Shown in pieces: positions 9,535 through 18,959 of a stretch of DNA of 64,000 bases. Both the position numbers and the translations under genes were made by a program. How positions within the stretch are numbered: position 1 is the first letter of the stretch; each line of letters opens with the position of its first letter. Where the stretch lies: positions 1,348,932-1,412,931 of the forward strand of contig CAVXXF010000004.1 in the NCBI GenBank assembly GCA_963765635.1, in the 5' to 3' direction. This DNA comes from an uncultured Thermoleophilia bacterium (lineage in GTDB: Bacteria > Actinomycetota > Thermoleophilia > UBA2241). Under the pieces are notes generated by a model. That model was not told the origin of the DNA and made no database searches. It was given only the letters and a program-made list of their open reading frames with translations.

Positions 9535-10458
9535 ATGGACTACGGTACGTACACTCCCAGACCAAAGCGCGACACGCGCCGCCGGCGGCGCCAGCAGGCC
9601 CGGCGGCGTCTTCTCGTGCTCGTCCTTCTCGTCTTGGTCGTGGCGGCGCTCGTCGCCGCGGTGCTCATCGGCCGCGGCAAGGATGAAGGGCAGAGCGGGG
9701 GCGCGACGCCGGATCCCGCCAAGGCCGGCGCGGCGTCACCGAGCCCCAAGCCCACCACGCCGCCGCCGAAGGTATGGGTGGCGAGTACGTCGGACCCCGT
9801 GCGCGTCTGGGTGGGCGGCGACTCCATGGGCGGCGAGCTCGGCTGGTCCCTCGGGCCCATGCTCGAGAAGCCCAGGGTCTTCAAGCCCACCCTCTACTAC
9901 AAGGAGTCCTCGGGCATCTGCCGCTGGGACTTCTTCGATTGGGGCGAGCAGATGAAGACCGTCATGCGCACGGCCAAGCCCGACGCGGTGGTCATGATGA
10001 TGGGCACCAACGACACCCAGTCGGTGTGGCGCGACGGCATGTGGATCTCGTACGGCACTTCCGCGTGGAAGACCGCCTACGAGACGCGCGTCTCAGACAT
10101 GATGGGCGCCATGCTCAAGGGCGGCGCCCGGCGTGTGTACTGGGTGGGCATGCCGATGATGAAGGAGTCGTGGCGCAACTCGCGCATGAAGCTCATCAAC
10201 AAGATCATCCAGAACGCCGCCGCGGAGAACCCGGGGGCCGCCTACGTCGACGCCTGGGCGCTCTTCGTGGACTCGAGCGGGGGCTACGCCGCGAACTGGC
10301 GCCTCGCCGACGGCGTGCACTTCACCGTCGAGGGCCAGCAGCGCCTCGCCAAGGCAGTGCTCAAGGACATCGAAACGGACTGGCTGCCGGACGGTCTGCC
10401 GTCGCCGAGCCCGTCGCCGGCGGCGAGCTCCTCGGCGTCCGCCGGCGCGTCCATCTGA
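9535..10458 (+). CDS. Membrane-anchored SGNH/GDSL hydrolase-like protein, paralog 1 of 3
   Basis: N-terminal Arg-rich region plus TM. SGNH blocks VWVGGDSMGGELG (block I), MMGTNDTQ (block III) and DGVHFT (block V). Pro/Ser-rich C-tail. GAGGAA SD upstream. Confidence 0.75.
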   Translation: MDYGTYTPRPKRDTRRRRRQQARRRLLVLVLLVLVVAALVAAVLIGRGKDEGQSGGATPDPAKAGAASPSPKPTTPPPKVWVASTSDPVRVWVGGDSMGGELGWSLGPMLEKPRVFKPTLYYKESSGICRWDFFDWGEQMKTVMRTAKPDAVVMMMGTNDTQSVWRDGMWISYGTSAWKTAYETRVSDMMGAMLKGGARRVYWVGMPMMKESWRNSRMKLINKIIQNAAAENPGAAYVDAWALFVDSSGGYAANWRLADGVHFTVEGQQRLAKAVLKDIETDWLPDGLPSPSPSPAASSSASAGASI

Positions 10459-10560
10459 GACGCGGCCGGCCGCGCGGAGCGGCGCCTTGCGGCCGGCCTG
10501 CCGCCTTCGCCGTGCCCCGGGTGGTTGCGAACGGCTCTGTGCGCCGATAATGGGAGGGTG

Positions 10561-11388
10561 ATGTCAGTCTTCCTTGCCGCACTACCCGGGCACGTGCTCG
10601 ACGATGCCAAACGGCCGTTGTTCTTCCTGCTCGTCGGCTTCATCCTCACCTTCGCCCTGACCCGCCTCAATACCAGGGTCACGCGCGCCAGAGGCGGCTC
10701 CGGGCTCGGCGCCGGCAGCATCGTCACGGCGGGTGGACTGCACATCCACCACTCCGTGTTCGGCATCGTCGGTATGACCGTCGCCGGCATCCTGATGTTC
10801 GCCCTGCAGCCGGGCAGCCCGTGGATCGAGTTCTTCGCCCTCGTCTTCGGCTCCGGCGCCGCCCTCACGCTCGACGAGTTCGCCCTCATCCTGCACCTCG
10901 AAGACGTCTACTGGACCGGTGAGGGACGCACCTCCATCGACGCCGTGATCCTCGGCGTCACGTTCATCACGCTCCTGCTCACCGGCCTGACGCCGCAGAG
11001 CATCGGCGAGGTCGGTGACCTGGTCGCGATGTCGCGCTGGGTCGGCTCCGCCCTCATCCTCAGCGGCGCCGCTTTCGTGATCGTCAGCTACCTCAAAGGC
11101 AAGCTGTTCCTGGGCACGGTCGGCATCTTCGCGCCCCCCGTCGCCGTGATCGGCGCCCTGCGTCTCGCCAAGCCGAGCTCACCGTGGGCGCATCGGCGGT
11201 ACGCCGACAACCCCGGCAAGCTCGAGAGGGCCCGCCGCCGCGACGAGGGCTTCCACCAGCGCTGGCGACAGCGCAAGCACTACGTCTGGGACGTCATCGG
11301 CGGCAAGCCGCACCTGCACCTGCCGCTCCGCCGCGGGCGACACGACGACCACGGCAGCGACTCGGGCTCAGGCGGCTCGCAGCTCTGA
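10561..11388 (+). CDS. Hypothetical polytopic membrane protein
   Basis: At least six hydrophobic helices, GGGAGGG SD before ATG 10561, basic hydrophilic C-terminus; no recognised family. Confidence 0.6.
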   Translation: MSVFLAALPGHVLDDAKRPLFFLLVGFILTFALTRLNTRVTRARGGSGLGAGSIVTAGGLHIHHSVFGIVGMTVAGILMFALQPGSPWIEFFALVFGSGAALTLDEFALILHLEDVYWTGEGRTSIDAVILGVTFITLLLTGLTPQSIGEVGDLVAMSRWVGSALILSGAAFVIVSYLKGKLFLGTVGIFAPPVAVIGALRLAKPSSPWAHRRYADNPGKLERARRRDEGFHQRWRQRKHYVWDVIGGKPHLHLPLRRGRHDDHGSDSGSGGSQL

Positions 11389-11746
11389 GGTCGAGCTCTG
11401 GCGCAGCGGAGCACCACGGTGTCGCCGGTCGCGCCGTCCCTGCCATCAGCGTCAGAGACTCGCAGCGTGCAGACCGGGCAATGCGACGTCACATCCGCCA
11501 GTCCGGTGACGCAATCAGGCGTCACCTCTGAGAGGGGACGATGGCGACCGCTACCTGGTGCGCCATGGTGTGGCCGCGAAGACGCGCGTTCGAGCGCTGC
11601 CGGCGCCGGCGGCGACGCCTTTGCGAGCGGCAGGAACGCGGCATGGCGCCTGGTGGTGGTGCGCGGCGCACGGGACCCGTATCATCCTCTCGTGCACGTC
11701 GAGGAGGCCGCGAGCCCCACAAGACACCGACGCCGAGGACGGACTC

Positions 11747-12658
11747 TTGACCCCCATCCAGAAGATCCAGCAAGAACACGGTATCGTCGGCCGCGAGACC
11801 GAGCTGGCTATGGCCCTGGCGGTGCTCGGCGCCGGCCGCCATCTCCTGCTCGAAGGCCCCGTCGGCGTGGGCAAGACCACCGTCGCCCTCGCGGTCTGCT
11901 CCCACCTCGGCCGCGACACGGTGCGCGTCGACGGCGACGACCGCTACTCGGAGAGCAAGCTCACGGGCTGGTTCGATCCGCCGCTGGTGCTCAAGCAGGG
12001 CTACCGCGAGGAGTCCTTCTTTCCGGGGCCTCTGGTGGAGGCCATGCGCGAGGGCCGCGTGCTCTTCATCAACGAGCTCAACCGCATGCCCGAGAGCGTG
12101 CAAAACGTGCTCCTCCCGGCGCTCGACGAGCGCCTTCTGCAGGTGCCCCACATCGGCCGCGTGCACGCCGCCGAGGGTTTTCAGGTGGTGGCCACGCAGA
12201 ACCCCGTGGAGTACGTCGGCACCGGCCACCTCTCCGAGGCGCTGCGCGACCGCTTCGAGCATCTCGCCCTGCTCTACCAGCCGGCCGGGGAGGAGATCGA
12301 CATCGTGAGCGCCGAGACGGGCTCCGCCGACGAGGCCCTGGTTCGCACGGCGGTGCGCCTCACGCGCGCCACGCGCCTGCACCCGCGCTTCCGCAAGGGC
12401 GCCTCGGTGCGAGGCGCGATCGCCACGGTGGCCATCGCCGAGCAGCTGTGGGCCGCGCAGCGGAAGGCCTGCGGCCCGGTGGACCGCGAGACCCTGCGCC
12501 GTGCCGCCGTGGCCGCTCTCACGACCCGCGTCGACCTGCGCGACGACATCGACGCCGACTTCGCCACGGCTCTCGACGAGCTCTTCGAGCTGGTCGTCGA
12601 CCGTGGTGAGGATCCGGACGTCGCTCTGGCACCGGCCGCGGTCTCCCCAAAAGCCTGA
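11747..12658 (+). CDS. MoxR-family AAA+ ATPase
   Basis: Walker A GPVGVGKTT, Walker B/sensor VLFINELNR, VATQNPVEY, arginine finger region. Upstream part of the track ORF is junk. Probable TTG start at 11747 before LTPIQKIQQEHGIVGRE. Confidence 0.8.
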   Translation: MTPIQKIQQEHGIVGRETELAMALAVLGAGRHLLLEGPVGVGKTTVALAVCSHLGRDTVRVDGDDRYSESKLTGWFDPPLVLKQGYREESFFPGPLVEAMREGRVLFINELNRMPESVQNVLLPALDERLLQVPHIGRVHAAEGFQVVATQNPVEYVGTGHLSEALRDRFEHLALLYQPAGEEIDIVSAETGSADEALVRTAVRLTRATRLHPRFRKGASVRGAIATVAIAEQLWAAQRKACGPVDRETLRRAAVAALTTRVDLRDDIDADFATALDELFELVVDRGEDPDVALAPAAVSPKA

Positions 12659-12696
12659 GCGCCCCCGGCGGGGCGCGCCTGCGACACGGCGGACGC

Positions 12697-13584
12697 GTGG
12701 AGGTCCGAGGCACGTCGGTGTACGAGCGCGACATGGTCGCTGCGCAGGCGCCGCTGGTGGCGATCGCCGAGCGGTACAGCGTGCCCGTCGCCGATCTCGA
12801 TGGCTGGACCGTGGCCGTCAATCTCACGCGCAACGGCTGCCGCATCGGCAACCCCGCTTTGCGCTTCTACGCTGAGAAGCTCGCGGCGCGCTCCGTGCTG
12901 GCCCGCGCCGCCGGCCTCGTCGGCCCTCTTCGCGGCGCCACGCAGCTGGTGCATGAGACGCTGCGCGAGCCTTTCGCCGGCGAGCTAGACTTGGAGGCCA
13001 CCCTCGAGAACGTGCTCGGCAAGTCGTTTCCGGAGCCCGGCGACTGGGTGGTGCAGCACCGCGAAGAGCGCCGCCACCAGGTCGTGCTCATGGTCGATAC
13101 CTCCCTCTCGATGTCCGGCGAGAACATGGCGATCGCGGCAGTGGCCGCCGCCGTACTGGCGCTGAAGCTGAAGCCCGAGGACCTGTCGGTGGTCGTGTTC
13201 GAGGACCAGGCCGAGGCCGTCACCCACCTTGAGGTCGCCGACCCGGCGGAAGAGGTGGTACGCCGCATGCTCGACCAGCCGGTGCGCGGCTACACCAACA
13301 TCGCGGCCGCGTTGGAGCTCGGCGCCGCCGAGCTCGAACGCGGCCGTAACCCGCGGCGCAGCGGCTTGTTGATCACCGATGGCGTTGTCACCGCCGGCGG
13401 TGACCCTTTGCCCCTGGCGCACCGCTTTCCGAAGCTCTTCGTGCTGCTCACGGAGGACTACAAGATGAACCCCGAGCTCTGCCGTCAGCTCGCCGACGCC
13501 GGGCACGGCGACGTCTTCCCGGTGCGCACCTTCCGTGACCTGCCCGCGCGCCTGCTCGATGTGGCCAACCGCGTGCTGCGGTAG
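12697..13584 (+). CDS. VWA (von Willebrand A) domain protein, MoxR partner
   Basis: MIDAS motif DTSLSMSG (DxSxS) with downstream T and D; classic MoxR-VWA gene pair. Confidence 0.75.
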   Translation: MEVRGTSVYERDMVAAQAPLVAIAERYSVPVADLDGWTVAVNLTRNGCRIGNPALRFYAEKLAARSVLARAAGLVGPLRGATQLVHETLREPFAGELDLEATLENVLGKSFPEPGDWVVQHREERRHQVVLMVDTSLSMSGENMAIAAVAAAVLALKLKPEDLSVVVFEDQAEAVTHLEVADPAEEVVRRMLDQPVRGYTNIAAALELGAAELERGRNPRRSGLLITDGVVTAGGDPLPLAHRFPKLFVLLTEDYKMNPELCRQLADAGHGDVFPVRTFRDLPARLLDVANRVLR

Positions 13585-13600
13585 GCGGCGCCCCACGGGC

Positions 13601-14776
13601 TCAGCCCGCGGAGCGCCCCGCTTGAGCGGACGTCACGGCCGCGCCCAAGCGCCGCGCGCCCTCCCTCAGTGTCGCCGCGTCGTACAGGCTGAAAGCGAGG
13701 CGTAGGCTGCGGTCGTCGGCGTCGATGCAGAAGCGGGCGCCGGGTGCGAACGCGACGCCCCGGGCCTCCGCCACGGGTAGCAGGGCTGAGGCGGTCAGGC
13801 CGTCGGGAAGCGTGAGCCAGATGAAGAAGCCGCCGGCCGGAGTCGCGAAGCTGCAGCCGGCCGGCAGGTGCTCGTGCAGCGCCTCGGTCAACGCGTCGCG
13901 CCGCGACGCGTAGCTGCGGCATAGTTTCGCCACGTGCTCGTCGTAGCCGCCTGAGGCGAGCAGCCGGCCGACGACACTGGCGCCGAACTGGCTGACGCAG
14001 CCTCCGCTCTCGAGTACGCCTGCCGCGGCCAGGCGCGCGAGAAGGCCGCCGGTCGCGTTGATCCATCCGACCCGCAGTCCCGGAGCCAGCGTCTTGGAGA
14101 ACGAACCCAAGCGGACCATGGGAGCGTTTCCGCCGAGCGTCCAGAGGGCGGGGGGAGCATGACCCTCGTAGACAAGCTCGCGGTAGACGTCGTCCTCGAC
14201 GATCACGAGGTCGTGCTCGGCGGCGATCTCGAGGAGGTCCCGCCGTCGCTGAGCGGAAAGACACATCCCGGCAGGGTTGTTGAACGTGGGGATCGTGTAC
14301 AGAAGACGGGCACGCCTGCCGGAGGCGCGCAGCTCCGCCAGCGTCGCCTGGAGCGCGTCCAGCCGCAGCCCTTCGTCATCGAGCGGCACGCCTGCGACCT
14401 CGAGCGGATGGTCACGCATGATGCCGAGCGCCAAGTTGTAGGTCGGCGACTCGACGAGCACCACATCGCCCGGCGAGGTGAGGACCGTGAGCACCTGGTC
14501 GAGGGCTTGTGAGTTGCCGCCGCTGACGAGTACATCGTCCGCTGTGCAGGCTTGCCCTTCGCGCGCCGCGCTCCGGCGCGCGATCTCTTCTCGCAGGGCT
14601 TCGGGGCCTGCGACCGACCCGTAGGCGAGCGCCGCCGGGCCGGCGTCGTCGAGCACGGCCGCCGCCGCCCGGCGCACGAGCGCGAGCGCCAGCAGCGCCG
14701 GGTCGGGCTCCCCGAAGGCGAACTCGATGATCCCTTCGCGCAGGGTGTTCTGGGTGTCCGGCGGAGCGCTGGTCAT
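13601..14776 (-). CDS. PLP-dependent aminotransferase (class I/II fold)
   Basis: 391 aa; SFSKTLAPGLRVGW contains the PLP-lysine; NPAG and overall aminotransferase pattern. Confidence 0.85.
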   Translation of the reverse strand: MTSAPPDTQNTLREGIIEFAFGEPDPALLALALVRRAAAAVLDDAGPAALAYGSVAGPEALREEIARRSAAREGQACTADDVLVSGGNSQALDQVLTVLTSPGDVVLVESPTYNLALGIMRDHPLEVAGVPLDDEGLRLDALQATLAELRASGRRARLLYTIPTFNNPAGMCLSAQRRRDLLEIAAEHDLVIVEDDVYRELVYEGHAPPALWTLGGNAPMVRLGSFSKTLAPGLRVGWINATGGLLARLAAAGVLESGGCVSQFGASVVGRLLASGGYDEHVAKLCRSYASRRDALTEALHEHLPAGCSFATPAGGFFIWLTLPDGLTASALLPVAEARGVAFAPGARFCIDADDRSLRLAFSLYDAATLREGARRLGAAVTSAQAGRSAG

Positions 14777-14900
14777 CGGCCCATGATACGCGATGACGGC
14801 CGGCTGCGGGTCACCGCGCGAGCCGCCCGGCGTCGCGCCTCGCGAACCCCGGCTGGCGACGGCCCGTCACTTTCCCTACACTGAGTCCCGACGCGCCCGC

Positions 14901-16358
14901 ATGCTATTCCCCACCATCACATTCGCGGTCTTCTTCCTGCTGGTCTTCACCGGGAATTGGCTGCTCATGCCCAGACCGCGGCTCTGGAAGCCGTTCATCC
15001 TTCTCGCCAGCTTCGTCTTCTACGGCTGGTGGGAGTGGCGCTTCGTGCTGCTCCTCGCGCTCAGCGCCGTCGCCAATCAGCTGTTCGCCACGGCGCTCGA
15101 GCGTGTGGCGGGGGCCGCAGCCCGCAAGTGGCTGCTGGCCGCGGCCGTCGCCGTGAACCTCGGCGTGCTCGGCTGGTTCAAGTACTACGGCTTCTTCGTG
15201 ACCTCCGTGGTCAACTTCCTCGGCGCGTTCCGCCTCAATGCCGATCTACCACTGCTGCGCATCGTGATGCCTATCGGCATCTCGTTCCTCACCTTCCGCG
15301 TGCTGAGCTACGTCGTCGATGTCTATCGCGGCAAGCTGCGCACCTCGTCACTGCTCGACTTCGCTGTGTACGTCGCCTTCTTCCCGTACATCCTCGCCGG
15401 GCCGATCGCGCGCGCCAGTGAGTTCCTGCCGCAGCTCGCCGGCCCCAGGGATCCGCGCCGCGTCGACGCCTCGCGGGCCTTCTTCCTGATCTTCGCCGGC
15501 CTCGCCAAGAAGATGCTGCTCGCCGACTACCTGGCCACGCACATCGTGAACGGGGTGTTCACGACGCCCGGCCAGTACACGTCGCTCGAGACCCTGCTCG
15601 GCATCATCGGCTACTCCGTGCAGATCTACTGCGACTTCAGCGCCTACGCCGACATCGCCATCGGCGTCTCGCTGCTCCTCGGCTTCGAGCTTCCGGACAA
15701 CTTCAACGCTCCTTACACGGCGATCTCGGTGCAGGACTTCTGGCGGCGCTGGCACATGACGCTCTCGCGCTGGTTGCGCGACTATCTCTACATCCCGCTG
15801 GGCGGCAATCGCAAGGGCCAGACCCGCACCTCCGTGAACATCATGATCACGATGGTGCTCGGCGGCCTCTGGCACGGCGCCGGGTGGCCCTTCATCTTCT
15901 GGGGCTTCCTGCACGGGGGGGCGCAGGTGGTCGAGCACCGGCGCGTCGACGTGCGCAGAGCGCGGGCGCTGCGCCGCCAGTCAGGGTCCGCGTCGCCGCC
16001 CGACGTCGACACGCGGCCCTGGGGCGGCGGCGTGTGGCCGCGCCTCGGCGTGTTCGCCTTCGTGACCTTCGCCTGGGTGTTCTTCCGCTCCGCCACGTTC
16101 GGAGCGGCGCTCAGCGTGCTCGCGCAGCTCTTCCGCGGCTGGGGTAGCGTCGGCGCCGCGGTCACGCCGGTCCTCCTGCTGGTGATCGCCGTCGGCATCG
16201 GTGTCCAGTATGTGCCCCGCCGCCACTACGAGCGCGTTGAGGCGGGCTTCTCGGTGCTCAACCCGCTCGTACAGGGCGCGCTGCTCGCCGTCGGCTTCCT
16301 GCTGCTCGACGTCCTCGGCCCCGCCGGCCCCGCCGCCTTCCTCTACTTCCGCTTCTGA
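14901..16358 (+). CDS. MBOAT family membrane O-acyltransferase (AlgI/DltB/PatA-like), copy 1
   Basis: MLFPTITFAVFFLL... N-terminus, multiple TM segments, conserved FWRRWHMTLSRWLRDYLYIPLGG with catalytic His. First 36 codons of the track ORF are spurious. Confidence 0.9.
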   Translation: MLFPTITFAVFFLLVFTGNWLLMPRPRLWKPFILLASFVFYGWWEWRFVLLLALSAVANQLFATALERVAGAAARKWLLAAAVAVNLGVLGWFKYYGFFVTSVVNFLGAFRLNADLPLLRIVMPIGISFLTFRVLSYVVDVYRGKLRTSSLLDFAVYVAFFPYILAGPIARASEFLPQLAGPRDPRRVDASRAFFLIFAGLAKKMLLADYLATHIVNGVFTTPGQYTSLETLLGIIGYSVQIYCDFSAYADIAIGVSLLLGFELPDNFNAPYTAISVQDFWRRWHMTLSRWLRDYLYIPLGGNRKGQTRTSVNIMITMVLGGLWHGAGWPFIFWGFLHGGAQVVEHRRVDVRRARALRRQSGSASPPDVDTRPWGGGVWPRLGVFAFVTFAWVFFRSATFGAALSVLAQLFRGWGSVGAAVTPVLLLVIAVGIGVQYVPRRHYERVEAGFSVLNPLVQGALLAVGFLLLDVLGPAGPAAFLYFRF

Positions 16359-17440
16359 TGAACGACCGAGACCCCCAGACGCTCCCCTTCGGCCGGCGCC
16401 GCCGGACTGCCGCCAGCGCGCTTGTGGCCATCCTCGTGGCCTTCGCGCTCGGGGTGCTGTTCAACGCTCCGGCGATGAAGAAGACCGCCATGGAACTGCC
16501 GTTCGGCGGCCAGCGCAGCTTCCGGCTCGCGCTCGTGAGCCCGGCGGCGGCCGTGAGCCACTGGCTCTACCTCGACCGGCCGGCGCGGTTGGCGGCCGCG
16601 GCGCTTGGCAAGCCGGGCCCCGGGCCCGCGCCGGTGCAGGTCGTGGTCGTCACGCCGCAGCCCACGCCGCAGCCCACCGGGGCCTCTGGCAAGCCCCGCC
16701 CGAAGCCCGAGGACAGGCCGCTGCCCAAACCGTACGCCGGCCATCCCCTGCATCTCTACATCGCCGGCGACTCGATGGCCGGCATCCCCGGCATGGCGCT
16801 GGTCAACCTCGCCAAAGACACGCACCTCATCAAGCCACTGCTCGACTACCGCATCTCCACCGGGCTGGTGCGCCCCGACTTCTTCAACTGGCCGGCGCAG
16901 CTCCAGCGACAGGCCGAGGCCTTCGACCCGGGGGCCGCGGTGGTCATGTGGGGCGCCAACGACAACCAGGGCGTGCAGACGTCTTCGGGGAAGGTCCACC
17001 AGTTCGGTTCAGGCGGCTGGGAGAAGGAGTACCGCAAGCGCATCGGCGACGCCATCGCGATCCTCTTCGACGGCGGCGTGCGGCGCATCTACTGGGTCGG
17101 GCAGCCTGTCATGCCGGGCTCCACCTACGACCGCCAGATCCGCCAGATCAACGACCTCTTCCGCGACGAGGCCGGCAAGCACCCGGGCGTGCGGTACATC
17201 GACGCTTATGGAGCGCTCAGCGACGACGGCGGCTTCTCGCAGTATCTTCGCGACGGCAACGGCGAGATGCAGCAGGTCCGTGAGGCCGACGGCGAACATC
17301 TCACCTACGCCGGCGGCCTGCGCCTCGCCAAGGTCGTGATGGCCGCCGTCAAGGCCGACTGGTTCGACAAGAAGAAGCCCGGCGCCGGCGCCGCTTCGCC
17401 GTCGCCGAAGGCGTCGGCGAAGGCCACTCCGGCGCCCTGA
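16358..17440 (+). CDS. Membrane-anchored SGNH/GDSL hydrolase-like protein, paralog 2, coupled to MBOAT copy 1
   Basis: TGATG overlap with MBOAT stop. N-terminal TM. SGNH blocks LYIAGDSMAG, MWGANDNQ, DGEHLT. Pro-rich linker and Ala/Pro/Ser tail. Confidence 0.8.
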   Translation: MNDRDPQTLPFGRRRRTAASALVAILVAFALGVLFNAPAMKKTAMELPFGGQRSFRLALVSPAAAVSHWLYLDRPARLAAAALGKPGPGPAPVQVVVVTPQPTPQPTGASGKPRPKPEDRPLPKPYAGHPLHLYIAGDSMAGIPGMALVNLAKDTHLIKPLLDYRISTGLVRPDFFNWPAQLQRQAEAFDPGAAVVMWGANDNQGVQTSSGKVHQFGSGGWEKEYRKRIGDAIAILFDGGVRRIYWVGQPVMPGSTYDRQIRQINDLFRDEAGKHPGVRYIDAYGALSDDGGFSQYLRDGNGEMQQVREADGEHLTYAGGLRLAKVVMAAVKADWFDKKKPGAGAASPSPKASAKATPAP

Positions 17441-17491
17441 CCCCGGCGTGCCTTCTGCGGCGCCCGCCGCCGCTGTAGTAGCATCGCGGGC

Positions 17492-18931
17492 ATGCTTTTC
17501 CCGACCATCACCTTCGCCGTCTTCTTCCTGCTCGTGTACGTGGCGAACTGGCTGCTCATGCCGCGCTTTCGCCTGTGGAAGTGGTTCATCATCGCGGTCA
17601 GCTACGTGTTCTACGGCTGGTGGGACTGGCGCTTCGTCCTGCTGCTCGTGGCCGCCACGTTCGTCAACCAGGCGCTCGGCGTGCGGATCGCGCGCGCCCG
17701 CACGCTTCGCGGAGGCGCGCGCGCCGCCAAAGCCTGGCTGGTGCTCTCGGTGCTCGCCAATCTCGCGGCGCTGGCTTACTTCAAGTACGTCGACTTCTTC
17801 GCCGTCAACCTCGACCACCTGCTCAGCAGCATCGGGCTTGGCGCGCCGCTGCCTCTGCTCCGTGTGCTTCTGCCGGTGGGCATCTCGTTCCTCGTGTTCC
17901 GCGTGCTCACCTACACCATCGACATCTATCGCGGCAAGCTGGCGCCGGCCTCCACGATCGACTTCGGCGTGTATGTGGCCTTCTTCCCGTACCTGCTCGC
18001 GGGCCCCATCGCGCGGGCTCGCGACTTTCTGCCGCAGCTGAACTCGCCGCGCGACCCGCGCGGCGTCGACGCCGGCCGCGCCTTCACGCTCATTCTCGGC
18101 GGCCTCGCCAAGAAGCTCCTGATCGCCGACTACCTGTCGACGCACATCGTCAATGGCGTCTTTGCCTCGCCGCAGTCGTTCTCGTCCTGGGAGACCCTCT
18201 GGGGGATCCTCGCCTACTCGGTGCAGATCTACTGCGACTTCAGTGCCTACAGCGATATTGCCATCGGCATCGCGCTGCTCCTCGGCTTCGATCTCCCCGA
18301 GAACTTCAACGCCCCGTACACGGCGCGCACCATCCAGGATTTCTGGCGACGCTGGCACATCACGCTGTCCAGTTGGCTGCGCGACTATCTGTACATCCCG
18401 CTGGGCGGCAGCCGCAAGGGGCGCGGGCGCACGTACCTGAACCTCGTCGCCACGTTCCTGCTCGCCGGCCTGTGGCACGGTGCCGGCTGGACGTTCGTGT
18501 TCTGGGGCGGTATGCACGGCGTCGGCCTGGCCCTCGAGCGTGCCCGCGCCGACACGCGCCGGGCGCGGGGCCTGCCCGAGCCGGGCGCGACCGCCGGGGC
18601 GCGGGCGCTCCAGCGCCTCGCCGTGTTCGCCTTCGTCAGCGTGGCGTGGGTCTTCTTCCGCGCCGACTCGATGAGCGCGGCCTTCGCGGTCCTCTGGAGG
18701 CTCGTCGCCGGGCTGGGCAGCATCGGCTCGGCGGTCACCTGGCGCGTGGTCGGCCTCGTCGTGCTCGGCATCGGCATCCAATACGTGCCGCGCGGCCTCA
18801 TCGAGCGCCTCGAGGGCGGTATGGCGAGACTCGGCTGGGCCGGGCAGGGCGCCGTTCTCGCGCTCGCCCTGTTCCTCATCGACACGCTCGGCCCACAGGG
18901 CACGGCCGAGTTCCTCTACTTCAAGTTCTGA
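17492..18931 (+). CDS. MBOAT family membrane O-acyltransferase, copy 2 (paralog of 14901..16358)
   Basis: Same N-terminus MLFPTITFAVFFLLV and colinear similarity to copy 1; FWRRWHITLSSWLRDYLYIPLGG His motif. Confidence 0.9.
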   Translation: MLFPTITFAVFFLLVYVANWLLMPRFRLWKWFIIAVSYVFYGWWDWRFVLLLVAATFVNQALGVRIARARTLRGGARAAKAWLVLSVLANLAALAYFKYVDFFAVNLDHLLSSIGLGAPLPLLRVLLPVGISFLVFRVLTYTIDIYRGKLAPASTIDFGVYVAFFPYLLAGPIARARDFLPQLNSPRDPRGVDAGRAFTLILGGLAKKLLIADYLSTHIVNGVFASPQSFSSWETLWGILAYSVQIYCDFSAYSDIAIGIALLLGFDLPENFNAPYTARTIQDFWRRWHITLSSWLRDYLYIPLGGSRKGRGRTYLNLVATFLLAGLWHGAGWTFVFWGGMHGVGLALERARADTRRARGLPEPGATAGARALQRLAVFAFVSVAWVFFRADSMSAAFAVLWRLVAGLGSIGSAVTWRVVGLVVLGIGIQYVPRGLIERLEGGMARLGWAGQGAVLALALFLIDTLGPQGTAEFLYFKF

Positions 18932-18959
18932 TGCGGCGACCGACGCAGGACGGGTGAGC

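Noticed and set aside
11747-13584. MoxR-VWA pair as a candidate novel defence module
   Set aside because: The ATPase-VWA (MIDAS DxSxS) two-gene arrangement is the standard, widespread MoxR chaperone-like pair. No nuclease, effector or other defence-associated gene is adjacent.
14901-18931. The two MBOAT-SGNH cassettes as a recent segmental duplication or assembly artefact
   Set aside because: Nucleotide sequences of the two copies differ substantially (only the first 15 codons are near-identical at protein level), so this is an old paralogous duplication, not a repeat collapse/expansion.
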